The notes: generated from the letters alone by a model not told the origin. A stretch of 64,000 nucleotides of DNA from Candidatus Bathyarchaeota archaeon (GCA_963707955.1 OY970176.1:96001-160000), one strand, 5' to 3'; counted from the stretch's first letter, positions 41,624 to 52,571 are shown. Made by a program: numbers and translations.

Positions 41624-43528
41624 CTATTCTAGGGCTTCTTTAAGCCTTTGTTTCAGCACCTTACTTACAAGTGCTGCGTTCGCCTTGCCCCGCAAGTTGT
41701 TCATGGCTATGCCCATTAGGACGCTGAAGCTACTTTCTCCATGCTTCTTGATCAATTCCTTGTTTTCCTCAACAATCTTGGTCACCAACTTCTCCAGTTC
41801 AGCCTGAGGGATGGCTTGCAAGCCAAGCTCTCTGATAGCTTCTTCAATAGTTCTGTCCTCATTCTTTGACAGCCAAGTGAACACTTCCGAGATTGCTTCT
41901 TTCGCAAGTTTTCCTTCCCCTACGAGGCTGAAGATGCCGCTCAGTTGTCTGTCTGACACTTTTTCCACTCTGATGCCGTCTCGTTTTATTGCCTTCAGAG
42001 TCTCGGTCATGAATGCTGCGATGGTTGTTGGTGGGACTTTACTCTGACTTACTATGTTTTCAAACAGTTCACTGTATTCGGAGTTCAAGACCTGCCTAGC
42101 CAGCTTGTCATTAAGCCTGTACTCTTTCTGCAGCCGTTCGAGTTTCTGTTCTGGGAGTTCTGGTAGATGAGAACGAATTTCGTCCACGTAGTCTTGTGAG
42201 ATTTGAACGGGTGGGATGTCTGTTTCCGGATACATTCTTGCTGCACCGGGGCGAGGTCTCATGTAGCGTGTTGTCCCGTCAGGGTTTGGTCCTCGCGTTT
42301 CTTGAGGTACGCCTGCTATCGCTTCTCGTGCTCTTTCAACCACGGCTCTTAACGCGTCTTCAGCGTTTTCCTGATTGTCTGCGACAAGAACCACGGCGTC
42401 CTCGTCATGGGCTTCAAGGTTCTTTCTCAGTTTTTCAACCTCTTCTGTCGTTATTCCGTAAGCTGGTAGCTCATCCGTGTGGAATATCCCCCCTACTCTT
42501 CCCCAAAACTTGGCTCTGTCAGCCATCTCTGTTCCCAGCCGCAGTCCAGGGCCTAGTTCCCATTTCAGGAGGCCCTTGAACTTCGGCAATTTAACGGCCA
42601 GAACTTGCTGCTTTTTCTCTAGGGCTTTTTGAATCACTTTGCACTTCGTATTCTTGAAGACATCTTCCACGTTGAAGAACTCGGCCTTCACTTGGTCGTC
42701 TTCAACTCCGCTCTTCCTTAGTTCTTCGCTTATTCTTATGAGGTTCAGCTGACGACGAACTTCGTACTCGACGACGATTGAAACAAGTTCGAGTTCTTGT
42801 AGACCTTTGATTTCTATGAGAGCTCCTCTAGGGATCGATATGTTTACGTCTTGGCGGATTGAGCCGAGGCCGCGTATTACTTTTCCAGTTGCTCTCAGTA
42901 TCCTTCCGATTGCGAGTGCCACTTCTTCGGCTTCATTAGGCGACTTTATGACTGGCGCGGTGGCAACTTCTATCAGTGGTATGCCCAAGCGGTCAATGCG
43001 ATATTTTATTGTGCTTCCTTTCTCTTCGCCTGTTTTTCTCGCAGCGTCCTCTTCTAGGCTTGCATGTTGAATTGGAACCGTTTTTTCTCCCACTTTGATT
43101 TCTCCGTTGAGGGCTACTACGCATGTTCTTTGAAAACCTGTGGTGTTTGAGCCGTCTATCACTGTCTTGCGCATCACGTGTATTTCGCCAACGGGGTTAG
43201 CATTCATCATTAGAGCCGCTGTCAGGACTGTTTTGACGGCTTCCTTGTTCAAGGCGTGGGGAGGTTCTTCATCCATCTCAACAAGGCATGACGTCGCATT
43301 GTTTGCCTCGTAGAGGATTTTGACTCCCTTTTGAAATTCGAAGAAAGCCGCAGGGTCCACTTGACCCAGCTCGCTCTGGGTCGGTCTGAGTCTGCGCAGA
43401 AAAGTTATTTCTGGTTCTTCTTTGAAGAGTGCTGGCTTGCAGCTACAGAACAGTTTCGTCGAAGTGTTCAGTTGCTGGTGGATTTCTAAGCCGACTATCA
43501 ACCCGATTTTTCCGTAATCTAGCTCCAA
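41624..43528 (-). CDS. gatE: Glu-tRNA(Gln) amidotransferase subunit E
   Basis: GLEIHQQL, DGSNTTGFQRT, RLGIPLIE, RPRPGAARMYPETD. Confidence 0.97.
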   Translation of the reverse strand: MELDYGKIGLIVGLEIHQQLNTSTKLFCSCKPALFKEEPEITFLRRLRPTQSELGQVDPAAFFEFQKGVKILYEANNATSCLVEMDEEPPHALNKEAVKTVLTAALMMNANPVGEIHVMRKTVIDGSNTTGFQRTCVVALNGEIKVGEKTVPIQHASLEEDAARKTGEEKGSTIKYRIDRLGIPLIEVATAPVIKSPNEAEEVALAIGRILRATGKVIRGLGSIRQDVNISIPRGALIEIKGLQELELVSIVVEYEVRRQLNLIRISEELRKSGVEDDQVKAEFFNVEDVFKNTKCKVIQKALEKKQQVLAVKLPKFKGLLKWELGPGLRLGTEMADRAKFWGRVGGIFHTDELPAYGITTEEVEKLRKNLEAHDEDAVVLVADNQENAEDALRAVVERAREAIAGVPQETRGPNPDGTTRYMRPRPGAARMYPETDIPPVQISQDYVDEIRSHLPELPEQKLERLQKEYRLNDKLARQVLNSEYSELFENIVSQSKVPPTTIAAFMTETLKAIKRDGIRVEKVSDRQLSGIFSLVGEGKLAKEAISEVFTWLSKNEDRTIEEAIRELGLQAIPQAELEKLVTKIVEENKELIKKHGESSFSVLMGIAMNNLRGKANAALVSKVLKQRLKEALE

Positions 43529-44880
43529 TCGCAGCCACCTTTGTGTTGCTCACAACTCATCTTCTCCGCAAGGGTTCTTAGCGAAAACTCTCCCGCAATG
43601 TTTGTTTTCAATAGTCTCTTTGCCTCTTCGCTGTCCTCGGTCTGTCCAAGAACCCACATGAGTTTGACAAGAGCCGTCTCGGGAAGCATGTCCTCCAAGG
43701 GGATCACGCCTAGAGCTTGTAAATCACGACCTGCGTCGTAAACGTTCATGTTTACGCGTCCCCAGATACACTGAGACGTCATTGCAATGATAATGCCCTG
43801 TCCAACAGCTTTTCTCAAGGCCTCGTAACAGGCTTTGCTGATGTGACCCAGACCTGTGCCTTCAATGACTATGCCCTTGTACTTTTTCTCTGTATAGAAA
43901 TGTATGATTGCCGGGTCCATTCCAGGGTAGAATTTTATCAACGAGACGTTTTCTTGGAAGTCTGGCCTTAGCATGAGTGTTCTTGATCGGTCTCGTTTCT
44001 GATAGTCTTGTGTTAGCATGACTATTTTGTCTTTTTCTACCCTCGCAATCGGTGTTGCATTCACAGACTTGAAAGCGTCTCTTCTGCTCGTGTGGCATTT
44101 TCGGACTTTTGTTCCCCTGTGAAATGCTATGTAGTTGTCTGAGGGCGTCTCATGCATTGCTACTACTACTTCAGCGAACGGCGCTTTGGCCGCGGCCCAG
44201 ACAGCTCCCAAGAGATTTGTAGCGGCATCTGAGCTCGGGCGATCTGCTGAACGTTGCGAGCCAACGATTATAACTGGGGCTGGAAGGCTTTGTAATGCGA
44301 AGCTAAGGGCTGCGGCAGTGTATCCCATGGTGTCTGTTCCGTGGGCTACGACGACGCCGTCGACTCCTTCTGACATCTGCTTTGCAACGGCATGAGCGAT
44401 TTGAGTCCATTGTTGGGACCCAATGTTTTCGCTGAAAAGGCTCAGAAGTATCTGGGTTTCTATGCGTGCCACGTCTGCCAGTTCGGGGACAACGCTGTAG
44501 AGGTCGTTTGCGGTCAAAGCTGGCCTAACGCCGCCTGTTCGGTAATCCACGCGGCTGGCTATTGTTCCACCCGTGCTTATTATGGTGGTTCTTGGAAGCT
44601 CTGGCTTCTGTTGTGGAAGAGGTGGCGCTGCAAAGGTCGGTTCTATGCCTTCTCCGACTTTCTCAACCTTCGTGTCTGCCGTTATGGCTATGCCGATGTT
44701 GTAACCATTTTTCAGCTTCACGACAACGTGCTTTTCATCACCGTACTCAGATCGCGGGATCAGAATTCCTTCGTAGACCTCGTTTTCTCTGGTTACACGA
44801 ATCACATCGCCTATGTTAGCCCGAGCCTTTTTGATTGCCTCAAGGGCTTTGCCTCGGTAGCCCGTTTCTTTTTCAGCCAT
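43519..44880 (-). CDS. gatD: Glu-tRNA(Gln) amidotransferase subunit D
   Basis: TGGTIASRVDY, HGTDT, SQRSADRPSSD. Confidence 0.97.
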   Translation of the reverse strand: MAEKETGYRGKALEAIKKARANIGDVIRVTRENEVYEGILIPRSEYGDEKHVVVKLKNGYNIGIAITADTKVEKVGEGIEPTFAAPPLPQQKPELPRTTIISTGGTIASRVDYRTGGVRPALTANDLYSVVPELADVARIETQILLSLFSENIGSQQWTQIAHAVAKQMSEGVDGVVVAHGTDTMGYTAAALSFALQSLPAPVIIVGSQRSADRPSSDAATNLLGAVWAAAKAPFAEVVVAMHETPSDNYIAFHRGTKVRKCHTSRRDAFKSVNATPIARVEKDKIVMLTQDYQKRDRSRTLMLRPDFQENVSLIKFYPGMDPAIIHFYTEKKYKGIVIEGTGLGHISKACYEALRKAVGQGIIIAMTSQCIWGRVNMNVYDAGRDLQALGVIPLEDMLPETALVKLMWVLGQTEDSEEAKRLLKTNIAGEFSLRTLAEKMSCEQHKGGCDWS

Positions 44881-44882
44881 TT

Positions 44883-46478
44883 TTAATTCTCCAACGTTTT
44901 TGACATGTAAACTCCATCGTAATCGTAACCGAACCGCTTGTAGTATTGCTTTGTACCAAGGGCACTTATAACTAAAATCTTCTTAAAACTGTACTCTTCC
45001 AGAGTTATGCGCTCCGCTTGGGCGAGCAGAATGCCTCCGTAGCCCTTGTGCTGCCAGGCTTTTGCAAAGTGTTCGCCAACGGGGACAAGTGAACCGTAAA
45101 CATGCAGTTCCCGCACTATTGTGCACATTGTGGCTTTCACTTCTGGTCTGTGCGCCTTTTCAGAGGGAACCCTAAGTCTCAGATAGCCGATCAGGATGTC
45201 GCTTTCAGGGTCTTCTGCGGATATGAAGATTTCTTGGCCTTCTGAGGCCTTGTATCGTGTGGTTAGAGTCCGGATTTTTTCTGGGTCAACGTTTACGTTA
45301 TCGCTTCTCAGCCTGTGGCCGACTTCTCTGCAGCGTATACACCTGCATCTAAAGCCTTTTTCTTGAACCTTCTTCTGCACTAGTTGGCGGAGGTTGCTCT
45401 TGTTGACGCCTGCAACTATCAGGGGCGCAGGGATATCGCGCTGGACTCGCATCACGCGTATCCACGGCGGTATGATTCTTTTGACTTCTGCGATGAGGTC
45501 TGCTGCTTCCTCGTTTGTGTAGGGTGTGAACGTGCCTTGACGGTACCATTCATAGGCTTTTGTGTCTTTCAAAACTAAGCATGGATAGATTTTGACCATG
45601 TCTGGTTTGAATTTCGGGTTGGTGAAAATTGTCTTGAAGGCTTCAAGATCTTGTTCTCGGTTGGTGCCGGGAAACCCAGGCATCAGATGGTAGACGACTT
45701 TCAGCCCAGCGTCCTTCATTATTCGTGTTGCCTCAACAACTTCTGCGAGTGTATGTTTTCTACCAACGAGATGATAGATTCTGTCGCTTGGGTATTGAAC
45801 GCCCATTTCCACACGGGTTACACCCATGTTGAGCATTTGGTCCACGTGTGCTTCTTTCGCCCAATCTGGACGCGTTTCAACAGTTAATCCCACGTTACGC
45901 ATTCTGCTCGTTTCTGCGTTCTTCTTCGCCTCTTCCAGACTGGCTGAATCTTTCTGAGTGATTGCATCCAGGCAGCGTTGGATGAACCAGGTTTGGTAAT
46001 CTGCTGGAGTGGCAGGAAAAGTTCCTCCCATGATTATCAGTTCTACCTTGTCAACTTGGTGTCCTATTGCTTTCAACTGTTGGATGCGCGTCTTCACTTG
46101 CAAGTAGGGGTTGAAGTCGTTTTGCAGGCCTCGCATTGCTGCGGGTTCAAAGCCAGTGTAGCTCTGGGGAACTCCCTGTTTTGGTCCTCCTGGGCAGTAG
46201 GCGCAGGGCTCATCTTGTGGGCATGGGTATGGCTTAGTCATTGCGGCCAAGACTGTGACGCCTGACATTGTCCGTGTTGCCTTTCTTCGTAGCAGTGGGA
46301 GAAGTTTGCGTTTTTCTTCTTGCTTGAGTATGTTTATTATTTCCGAGTTTGAGGGTATCCTTTGGAGCCGGTACTTGGAGGCCGCTTTTGCCTTTGCGCG
46401 GTCCAGATCGCTGGAGCTAGGTGCGGGAATGTGCATGAGATTTCTGATTATTTCTTCTATTGGTTTGTCCTCGTTCAA
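44883..46478 (-). CDS. elp3: Elp3 tRNA U34 modification enzyme (radical SAM + GNAT)
   Basis: RTMSGV, C.YCPGG, MGGTF, ETRPD, RELHVYG, QHKGYG. Confidence 0.96.
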   Translation of the reverse strand: MNEDKPIEEIIRNLMHIPAPSSSDLDRAKAKAASKYRLQRIPSNSEIINILKQEEKRKLLPLLRRKATRTMSGVTVLAAMTKPYPCPQDEPCAYCPGGPKQGVPQSYTGFEPAAMRGLQNDFNPYLQVKTRIQQLKAIGHQVDKVELIIMGGTFPATPADYQTWFIQRCLDAITQKDSASLEEAKKNAETSRMRNVGLTVETRPDWAKEAHVDQMLNMGVTRVEMGVQYPSDRIYHLVGRKHTLAEVVEATRIMKDAGLKVVYHLMPGFPGTNREQDLEAFKTIFTNPKFKPDMVKIYPCLVLKDTKAYEWYRQGTFTPYTNEEAADLIAEVKRIIPPWIRVMRVQRDIPAPLIVAGVNKSNLRQLVQKKVQEKGFRCRCIRCREVGHRLRSDNVNVDPEKIRTLTTRYKASEGQEIFISAEDPESDILIGYLRLRVPSEKAHRPEVKATMCTIVRELHVYGSLVPVGEHFAKAWQHKGYGGILLAQAERITLEEYSFKKILVISALGTKQYYKRFGYDYDGVYMSKTLEN

Positions 46479-46536
46479 CTTGAAGGCGACCGTTATGGAT
46501 TAATTTGAAACATGCAAATAAACCGAGCTTCCAGCT

Positions 46537-48105
46537 TTACCGTTTAGAGTAGACGATCTTTCCATCGACGATGACCATTTCCACCGTTACATCGCGTATC
46601 TTCTCCGGCGGAATCTTCGTCAGATCATGTGACACTATCGTGAGGTCTGCATGTTTTCCAGCTTCAATCGTCCCTTTCTTCTCCTCATCGAAGGAGGCAT
46701 AGGTTGCGTTCAACGTGTACGTTTTCAAAGCCTCTTCAACATTGAGTCTTTCCTCCACGTTGTCTTTCCTTGTCACGGCTGCCCATATGCCAAGCAGGGG
46801 ACTGATCTGTTCAATTGGGCAGTCTGAGCCAGAGGCAACTGTCACTCCTTCCTCTAGAAGTGTTTTGAATGGGTAAGCCCAGCGTGCTCTTCTGCGGCCG
46901 ACACGGTCGTGGATCCAGAAGTCGGAAGCGACGAAGTGAGGTTGCACTGAGGCCACTAAGCTTAGGCGCTTCATGCGGGGAATGAGTTCTGGGTTCAAAA
47001 TGGAACAGTGTTCGATTCTATGTCTGTGATTTTGTCTTGGCACCTTTTTCAGGGCTTCTTCAAAGGCTTTCAGAACGTTTTCCATTGCTCGGTCGCCTAT
47101 GGCGTGAACGCCGAGCTGCAGCTCGCCACTGTGAGCTTTCAAAACAATTTGACATAGCTCTTTTTGGGTGTAGAGCATCATCCCCCGTTTTTCAGGGTCA
47201 TCAGAATAGGGTTTTTTCAGTGCGGCCGTGCGGGCTCCCAGTGAGCCGTCCGCCAAGACTTTGATGAAGCCAATTCTTATCATGTCGTTTCCAAAGTTCG
47301 GAAGCAATCCTAAGCTAAGAGTCTCATCCAAGAGCTTCACGGGCACACCAATGTAAACTCTCAACAGTAGCATGCCCTCGGAGTACAGCCTTTGCAAGAC
47401 GCGCATTTCTTCAGCGGACCTTACAAGCCAATGGACTCCTGTAAGCCCAGCCTCCACGGCTTTCCTGCAGGCCAAAAGGCATGCTTTCTTAAGCTCTTCC
47501 TTGCTTGGTTTTGGGATTACTTTCCAAACAAGACTCATGGCGTTTCCTCGAACGATGCCGTTAGGTTGACCGGTGGCTTCTTCTAGGTCTATCTTTCCTC
47601 CTTTGACCGTCGTTTCCTTTGTTATCCCAGCAAGTTGCAAGGTTTTGGTGTTAGCGACGCCTAAGCATCCGCAGACACGGCTCAGGAAGACAGGTTTATC
47701 TGCAACCGCGGCGTCCAGGTCCATGCGGGTTGGATATCGTTTTTCTGCAAGTTTCTCTTGGTCCCAACGTCCTCCGAGAATCCAGTCTAGTTCAGGACTC
47801 TTATCGATATGTTCGCGCAGTTTTTCTTGGATCTCCCGTATCGATTTTACCTGTCTCAGGTCTAGGTTCTGCAGAGAAAAGCCAAATTCTAGCATATGCG
47901 CGTGGCAGTCAACAAGTCCTGGAATAATGGTCCTGTTCCTGCACTCGATAACCTTTGTGTTTTGGCCCTCGTGTTTGTGGATTTCCTGGTTGGAACCTAC
48001 GGCAGTTATCTTGCCGTCTTGAATAGCAATTGCTTGGGCCCTGGGCTGCTTAGGATTTAGCGTCACCACATTGGCATCAAGAAGTATAAAGTTAGATTCT
48101 GACAT
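46537..48105 (-). CDS. YtcJ-like amidohydrolase
   Basis: PGLVDCHAH, KVLADGSLGARTA, HAIGD, RIEH, GSDCP. Confidence 0.92.
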   Translation of the reverse strand: MSESNFILLDANVVTLNPKQPRAQAIAIQDGKITAVGSNQEIHKHEGQNTKVIECRNRTIIPGLVDCHAHMLEFGFSLQNLDLRQVKSIREIQEKLREHIDKSPELDWILGGRWDQEKLAEKRYPTRMDLDAAVADKPVFLSRVCGCLGVANTKTLQLAGITKETTVKGGKIDLEEATGQPNGIVRGNAMSLVWKVIPKPSKEELKKACLLACRKAVEAGLTGVHWLVRSAEEMRVLQRLYSEGMLLLRVYIGVPVKLLDETLSLGLLPNFGNDMIRIGFIKVLADGSLGARTAALKKPYSDDPEKRGMMLYTQKELCQIVLKAHSGELQLGVHAIGDRAMENVLKAFEEALKKVPRQNHRHRIEHCSILNPELIPRMKRLSLVASVQPHFVASDFWIHDRVGRRRARWAYPFKTLLEEGVTVASGSDCPIEQISPLLGIWAAVTRKDNVEERLNVEEALKTYTLNATYASFDEEKKGTIEAGKHADLTIVSHDLTKIPPEKIRDVTVEMVIVDGKIVYSKR

Positions 48106-48373
48106 GCTCAGGAATATTGAGTGAGAAAAATAAAAACCTTAAACCCAGTTTTGTCCAGGCTTTCTCTGAAGAATTACCCTTTTCTCGTAGTTCCGCCTGT
48201 TTCTATACCTTGGACTCGGGCTCTTCTTGGATGTAGCCTGTATTTTTGGAGTTTGAGACCTGACTTTTCCGGCTTTGGAAAGCGAACCGTGAGTAGGCAT
48301 TTATGTACACCGTCTCTACGTAGAACGTAGAGTAACTCTTAAACATTTCCAGTTGTCATTCTGTTAGGATCAG

Positions 48374-48483
48374 GCGGGGGTCGCCGAGCATGGCCAAAGG
48401 CGCAGAGTCGCCTAGTGCGACGCGGTAGCTTCAGGAGCCTGTCCTGTAGAGGTTCGTGGGTTCAAATCCCACCCCCCGCACCA
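48374..48483 (+). tRNA. tRNA-Leu(CAG) with 22-nt intron at 29/30 (48406-48427); CCA encoded
   Basis: GCGGGGG/CCCCCGC acceptor, CAGGC/GCCTG anticodon stem after splicing, long variable arm, GTGGG-TTCAAAT-CCCAC. Confidence 0.93.
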
Positions 48484-48511
48484 CAGTTCGCGCGCGCTAC
48501 TCCTTTCTTTC

Positions 48512-49720
48512 TTACCTTGTCATCATTCTTCTGAAAACGGGCACGGCTATTGCTGTCATGATCGCTCCGAACACTATCATTATTGTAAGCTCAGTGGTTA
48601 TGTCCGGTATTCCTGCGCCTAGAACCATGACTTTTCTGAGGGCTTGCGATGCGTAGGTAAGGGGAAGTACTTTTGAGATGTCTTGCATGTACCAGGGCAT
48701 TTGCTGTATAGGGAAGAATACTCCGCTGAGGAACATCATGGGGAACATCAGCGTCATCATCATCATCTGCGCTGTCTCTTGGTCTTTTGCGAAGGACGTT
48801 ATTACGATGCCGAGGCCGACGAAGCTGAACACGCCCAACAAGAGCAGCGCGAAGACAAGCAGGATGCTTCCTTGAATTGAGACGCGAAACAAAACGGTAG
48901 CCATCACTAGTATAATGGTTCCCTGCAGCAGGCCTCTGGCAGTCTGACCTAGGGTTTTCCCAAGTATTATGGACAGCCTGTTGATTGGTGCAACCATCAT
49001 TCCGTCCAAAGTGCCGATTTCCTTCTCTTGGGATATGGCCACAGGAAGCCCTGTCATGACGCTCATCATTACGGTCATGGCCATTATTCCTGGCGCGATG
49101 AAGTCGAAGTAACTGGGGGTTCCTGGTACAACTCCTTCTGTCTGAACACTGTAAGGCTGCACGTAGGCGAGGGAGTTGTTGTCGTTGACTACCGCCGGGT
49201 TTAAGCCCGTAACCTTATTTCGGGCTATCGATGTGCCCATCTGGTCGAAAACACCTGTCAAAGCTGCCTGAATGGTAGCCGATACTTGCGGGTTAGACTG
49301 GTCGATTATGATGATCAGAGTACCTTGTTCTCCGTTCAAGATGCTCTCAGTGAAATTGCTTGGGATGACTATGCCTCCTTCGATATCGCCTTTCTGAACC
49401 ATGCTTTTGATATCGCTCACACTTGATGCGTTGGAAAGAGCAATCATTCTTGGGCTTGTCCCGCTGTTAATCTGTTGCAATGCCATTGTAAAATTCTTTC
49501 CCAAAAAAATGGAATTACCATAACCTATATCCTCATTCACGAGGGCAACTGGCAAGTTGGTCGGGGCGCTACTACTTGATGGATATATAAAGCCAACCAT
49601 GACCATCATGAACAACGGCATCAGGATAAGTAAGACTAGCCCCAACCGGTTCCTGAACAATTCCGTTAAATCTTTCCAAGCTATCCTGAAACTGTGTGAA
49701 AGCAAAGTTCTTGCACCCAT
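48512..49720 (-). CDS. ABC-2 type exporter permease
   Basis: EKEIGTL, FLSGVFFP, LPLTY. Confidence 0.92.
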   Translation of the reverse strand: MGARTLLSHSFRIAWKDLTELFRNRLGLVLLILMPLFMMVMVGFIYPSSSSAPTNLPVALVNEDIGYGNSIFLGKNFTMALQQINSGTSPRMIALSNASSVSDIKSMVQKGDIEGGIVIPSNFTESILNGEQGTLIIIIDQSNPQVSATIQAALTGVFDQMGTSIARNKVTGLNPAVVNDNNSLAYVQPYSVQTEGVVPGTPSYFDFIAPGIMAMTVMMSVMTGLPVAISQEKEIGTLDGMMVAPINRLSIILGKTLGQTARGLLQGTIILVMATVLFRVSIQGSILLVFALLLLGVFSFVGLGIVITSFAKDQETAQMMMMTLMFPMMFLSGVFFPIQQMPWYMQDISKVLPLTYASQALRKVMVLGAGIPDITTELTIMIVFGAIMTAIAVPVFRRMMTR

Positions 49721-49726
49721 GTTATA

Positions 49727-50749
49727 TCACCTTATCCTTCCTTGGGGAGCCCCAAAGCGTCGACGACCCATCGCCATCGGTATCTTCTGGTCTGCGCTAT
49801 CTCTTACCTCGTGACCAGTTATGTGCAAGAACACGTCCTCAAGTGTGGGCTGAAGGTTTTCAATAGAGTTTATCTTTCCGCCTTTCGCCCTCACTGCGTC
49901 AATTACTGAGTCGAACGCCTCATCGCCGTGGACGATGATTCTCAAGTGGGTAGAATTTTCTTGAGTAACAGCATCGGTGCATTGACACGCCCGGATTGCC
50001 TCAATAATACTAGGTGATAAATTTCCAATCTCCAGTTTCAATATTGTTGTGTCGGCTCCAGAAATCACTCTTTTCAAATTCGTTGACGTATCAAGCGCAA
50101 CTATCTTAGCATGGTCCATGATGCCGATGCGGTCGCATAGCAAATCAGCATCCACCATCATGTGCGTCGTTATGATAATCGAGGTGTGATTTTCTCTATT
50201 GAGTTTCTTTATGAACTCTCTGATCTCAACGGACGACTGAGGATCCAAACCTAAAGTAGGCTCATCCAAGAATAGCACTTGGGGCATGTTGAGCAACGCC
50301 CGTATTACGTTCATCCTCTGTCGCATGCCAGTGGAAAACGTACCTGCTTGAGCGTTCTTCCATTTGGTAAGCTGAACCAGCTCTAGCAGATCGTCAATTC
50401 TCTTATTTAAGATATCTTTAGGGATGTTGAAGAGATTTCCGAAGAAAACCAAGTTCTCTTTGGCTGTCAACCGGTTGTACAATATCATTTTTTCGGACAC
50501 GATGCCTATTAGTTTCCGCACCTCGGTATCATCCTTCACTATGTCGTAACCGCCAACCGTGGCGGTTCCCTTCGTGGGCCTCGCTAACGTGGAGAGCATG
50601 CGTAAGGTTGTGCTCTTACCAGCTCCGTTAGGACCGAGCAGACCAAATATCTCGCCTTTTTTCACATCAAACGAGATGCTGTCAACCGCAACGAAATCGC
50701 CGAAGGACTTCGTCAAGTTCTTGACATCGATTATTGGGTCATTTTCCAA
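49727..50749 (-). CDS. ABC exporter ATPase (DrrA-like)
   Basis: GPNGAGKS, FSTGMRQR, LDEPT, PTLEDVF; TTG start after GGTGA. Confidence 0.93.
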   Translation of the reverse strand: MENDPIIDVKNLTKSFGDFVAVDSISFDVKKGEIFGLLGPNGAGKSTTLRMLSTLARPTKGTATVGGYDIVKDDTEVRKLIGIVSEKMILYNRLTAKENLVFFGNLFNIPKDILNKRIDDLLELVQLTKWKNAQAGTFSTGMRQRMNVIRALLNMPQVLFLDEPTLGLDPQSSVEIREFIKKLNRENHTSIIITTHMMVDADLLCDRIGIMDHAKIVALDTSTNLKRVISGADTTILKLEIGNLSPSIIEAIRACQCTDAVTQENSTHLRIIVHGDEAFDSVIDAVRAKGGKINSIENLQPTLEDVFLHITGHEVRDSADQKIPMAMGRRRFGAPQGRIR

Positions 50750-50766
50750 GAGAGCATCACCGCCAG

Positions 50767-50785
50767 ATATTGTTCGTTGCAATAT
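50767..50785. promoter_or_regulatory. Candidate PadR operator
   Basis: ATATTG-N7-CAATAT inverted repeat between divergent ABC and padR genes. Confidence 0.4.
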
Positions 50786-50841
50786 ATCGTAGTAAAATAT
50801 AAATATTCCGATAATACTCAGATGAGAAAGATGAACCCAAA

Positions 50842-51453
50842 ATGCAGTGCGAAGACGAAATAACTGCTGGGCACTGGCTTAAGGAAACGCAGAAGGGCTA
50901 TATACGCATTGCCGCGCTGATTCTTCTCAACAAGAAGCCGTATCACGGCTATGAAATAATGAGAGAGATCAAGGAAAGAACCATGGGTTTTTGGAGACCA
51001 ACCGCTGGCGGCATCTATCCCATACTTCGAAACCTAGAAGACTCTAGATATATCGAGGGAAAATGGGAGGTTCAGAAGAAAAGGAAAAGAAAGATATTTC
51101 GAATCACAGAAGCGGGCAAGCAGGTTCTGAGGCGGTCTCTGGCCAAAGAGAGTCAAATTGCCAATAGTATGAGCGGCTTGTTCACGGAATTTATGAAAGA
51201 CGTGTTGGATTTGGAGAAGACCGTTTCAATCCCAAGAATACCGAACCTTTTCTCAGTCTTCCTTGAAGAGAGAAAAGAAAAACCAGATGATACGATGAAC
51301 GTCTTACAAAGCAAGCGTAAACAGATTGAGAAAATGATAAAAGAGTTACAGAAAGAGCTAGCGGCAATCAAAAGAAGAGTAACCCAAGCAGAACGGTTTG
51401 AACAAAAGGGCAGAAAGCGAATCTTAACAATGGAAGCAAGCAACGCAGAATGA
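50842..51453 (+). CDS. PadR family transcriptional regulator
   Basis: HGYEI, GGIYPIL, RKIFRITEAG. Confidence 0.92.
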   Translation: MQCEDEITAGHWLKETQKGYIRIAALILLNKKPYHGYEIMREIKERTMGFWRPTAGGIYPILRNLEDSRYIEGKWEVQKKRKRKIFRITEAGKQVLRRSLAKESQIANSMSGLFTEFMKDVLDLEKTVSIPRIPNLFSVFLEERKEKPDDTMNVLQSKRKQIEKMIKELQKELAAIKRRVTQAERFEQKGRKRILTMEASNAE

Positions 51454-51512
51454 TGATTAAGCTTGACATTAACTCTAATTCTAATGATCAGAAGGCAAAT
51501 CAGGTGTGAAAT

Positions 51513-51923
51513 TTGAGTTTTGTCAAAGTCGCTGAGACTTCGGAGATTCCTCTGGGCAAGATGAAGCACGTTGAAGTAAACGGAAAAGAGATGATGCTCG
51601 CAAACGTGGATGGCAAAATCTATGCAACAAGTGACCGATGCAGTCACATGAACGCGAGGCTTTCTATGGGCACTTTGGACAAGAACATCGTGACTTGTCC
51701 CCAACACTTCTCACGATTTGATGTGATTACGGGGAAAATGGTCTCGGGGCCAGTAGAAATGACAGGCAGAGCAAACATATTTGAAAAGTGCCCCGAAGAA
51801 GTCCAGAAGACCATATCGCAATTGGTCCAACGTCAAAGAGAAATACAAAAGTTTATCAAAACCTATGATCAGCCCACCTACGAAGTAAAGGCAGAGGGCA
51901 ATGACATCTTGGTAAGAGTTTAA
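51513..51923 (+). CDS. Rieske [2Fe-2S] ferredoxin
   Basis: CSH...CPQH. Confidence 0.9.
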   Translation: MSFVKVAETSEIPLGKMKHVEVNGKEMMLANVDGKIYATSDRCSHMNARLSMGTLDKNIVTCPQHFSRFDVITGKMVSGPVEMTGRANIFEKCPEEVQKTISQLVQRQREIQKFIKTYDQPTYEVKAEGNDILVRV

Positions 51924-51938
51924 GGTTAATGTGATGAC

Positions 51939-52571
51939 ATGAGAATCGCCGTTTTTGGCGCAACTGGGAACACAGGCATACGACTCGTCGAACAGGCACT
52001 TGCAGCCGGAGATTATGTTGTAGCTTATGTTCGTAATCCATCCAAGCTAAACATTAGCCATGAGCATTTGAAGGTTATTCAAGGCGAATTGACTGATGAG
52101 CCTTTGATCGAAAGTGCAGTAAGCGGGGCAGACGCGGTGATTAGTGCTCTCGGTCCAAGAGGCGATTCTAAAAACAAACCAATTACGCGCGGAATGCAGA
52201 GCATCATTACGGCCATGAAGAAACAAGGCATACGGAGACTAATCATAACTTCAACCCTTAGCGCTAAGGATCCAAACGACCCGCTGAATTTCAGAACCAA
52301 AGCTCTGGTCAACCTTGTTAAAGTCACGATGCATGATGCGTATGAAGAAATAGTCAGCGTCGCAGAAACGGTACGCGACTCCGATCTTGATTGGACCATC
52401 GTGCGTTTGACAATGCTTAACAATAATCCCAAATCTGGAAAAGTCAAAGCTGGCTATGTAGGCAAGGGCGAAGTGGGGACGTGGATTTCACGTGCAGATT
52501 TGGCCGATTTCCTGCTCAGACAAGTGCAGGATACGAAGTATCTGCGGCAAGCGCCTGCCATTAGCAATTAA
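51939..52571 (+). CDS. NAD(P)H-binding atypical SDR (flavin/biliverdin reductase B-like)
   Basis: FGATGNTG, DWTIVR, ISRADLA. Confidence 0.9.
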   Translation: MRIAVFGATGNTGIRLVEQALAAGDYVVAYVRNPSKLNISHEHLKVIQGELTDEPLIESAVSGADAVISALGPRGDSKNKPITRGMQSIITAMKKQGIRRLIITSTLSAKDPNDPLNFRTKALVNLVKVTMHDAYEEIVSVAETVRDSDLDWTIVRLTMLNNNPKSGKVKAGYVGKGEVGTWISRADLADFLLRQVQDTKYLRQAPAISN

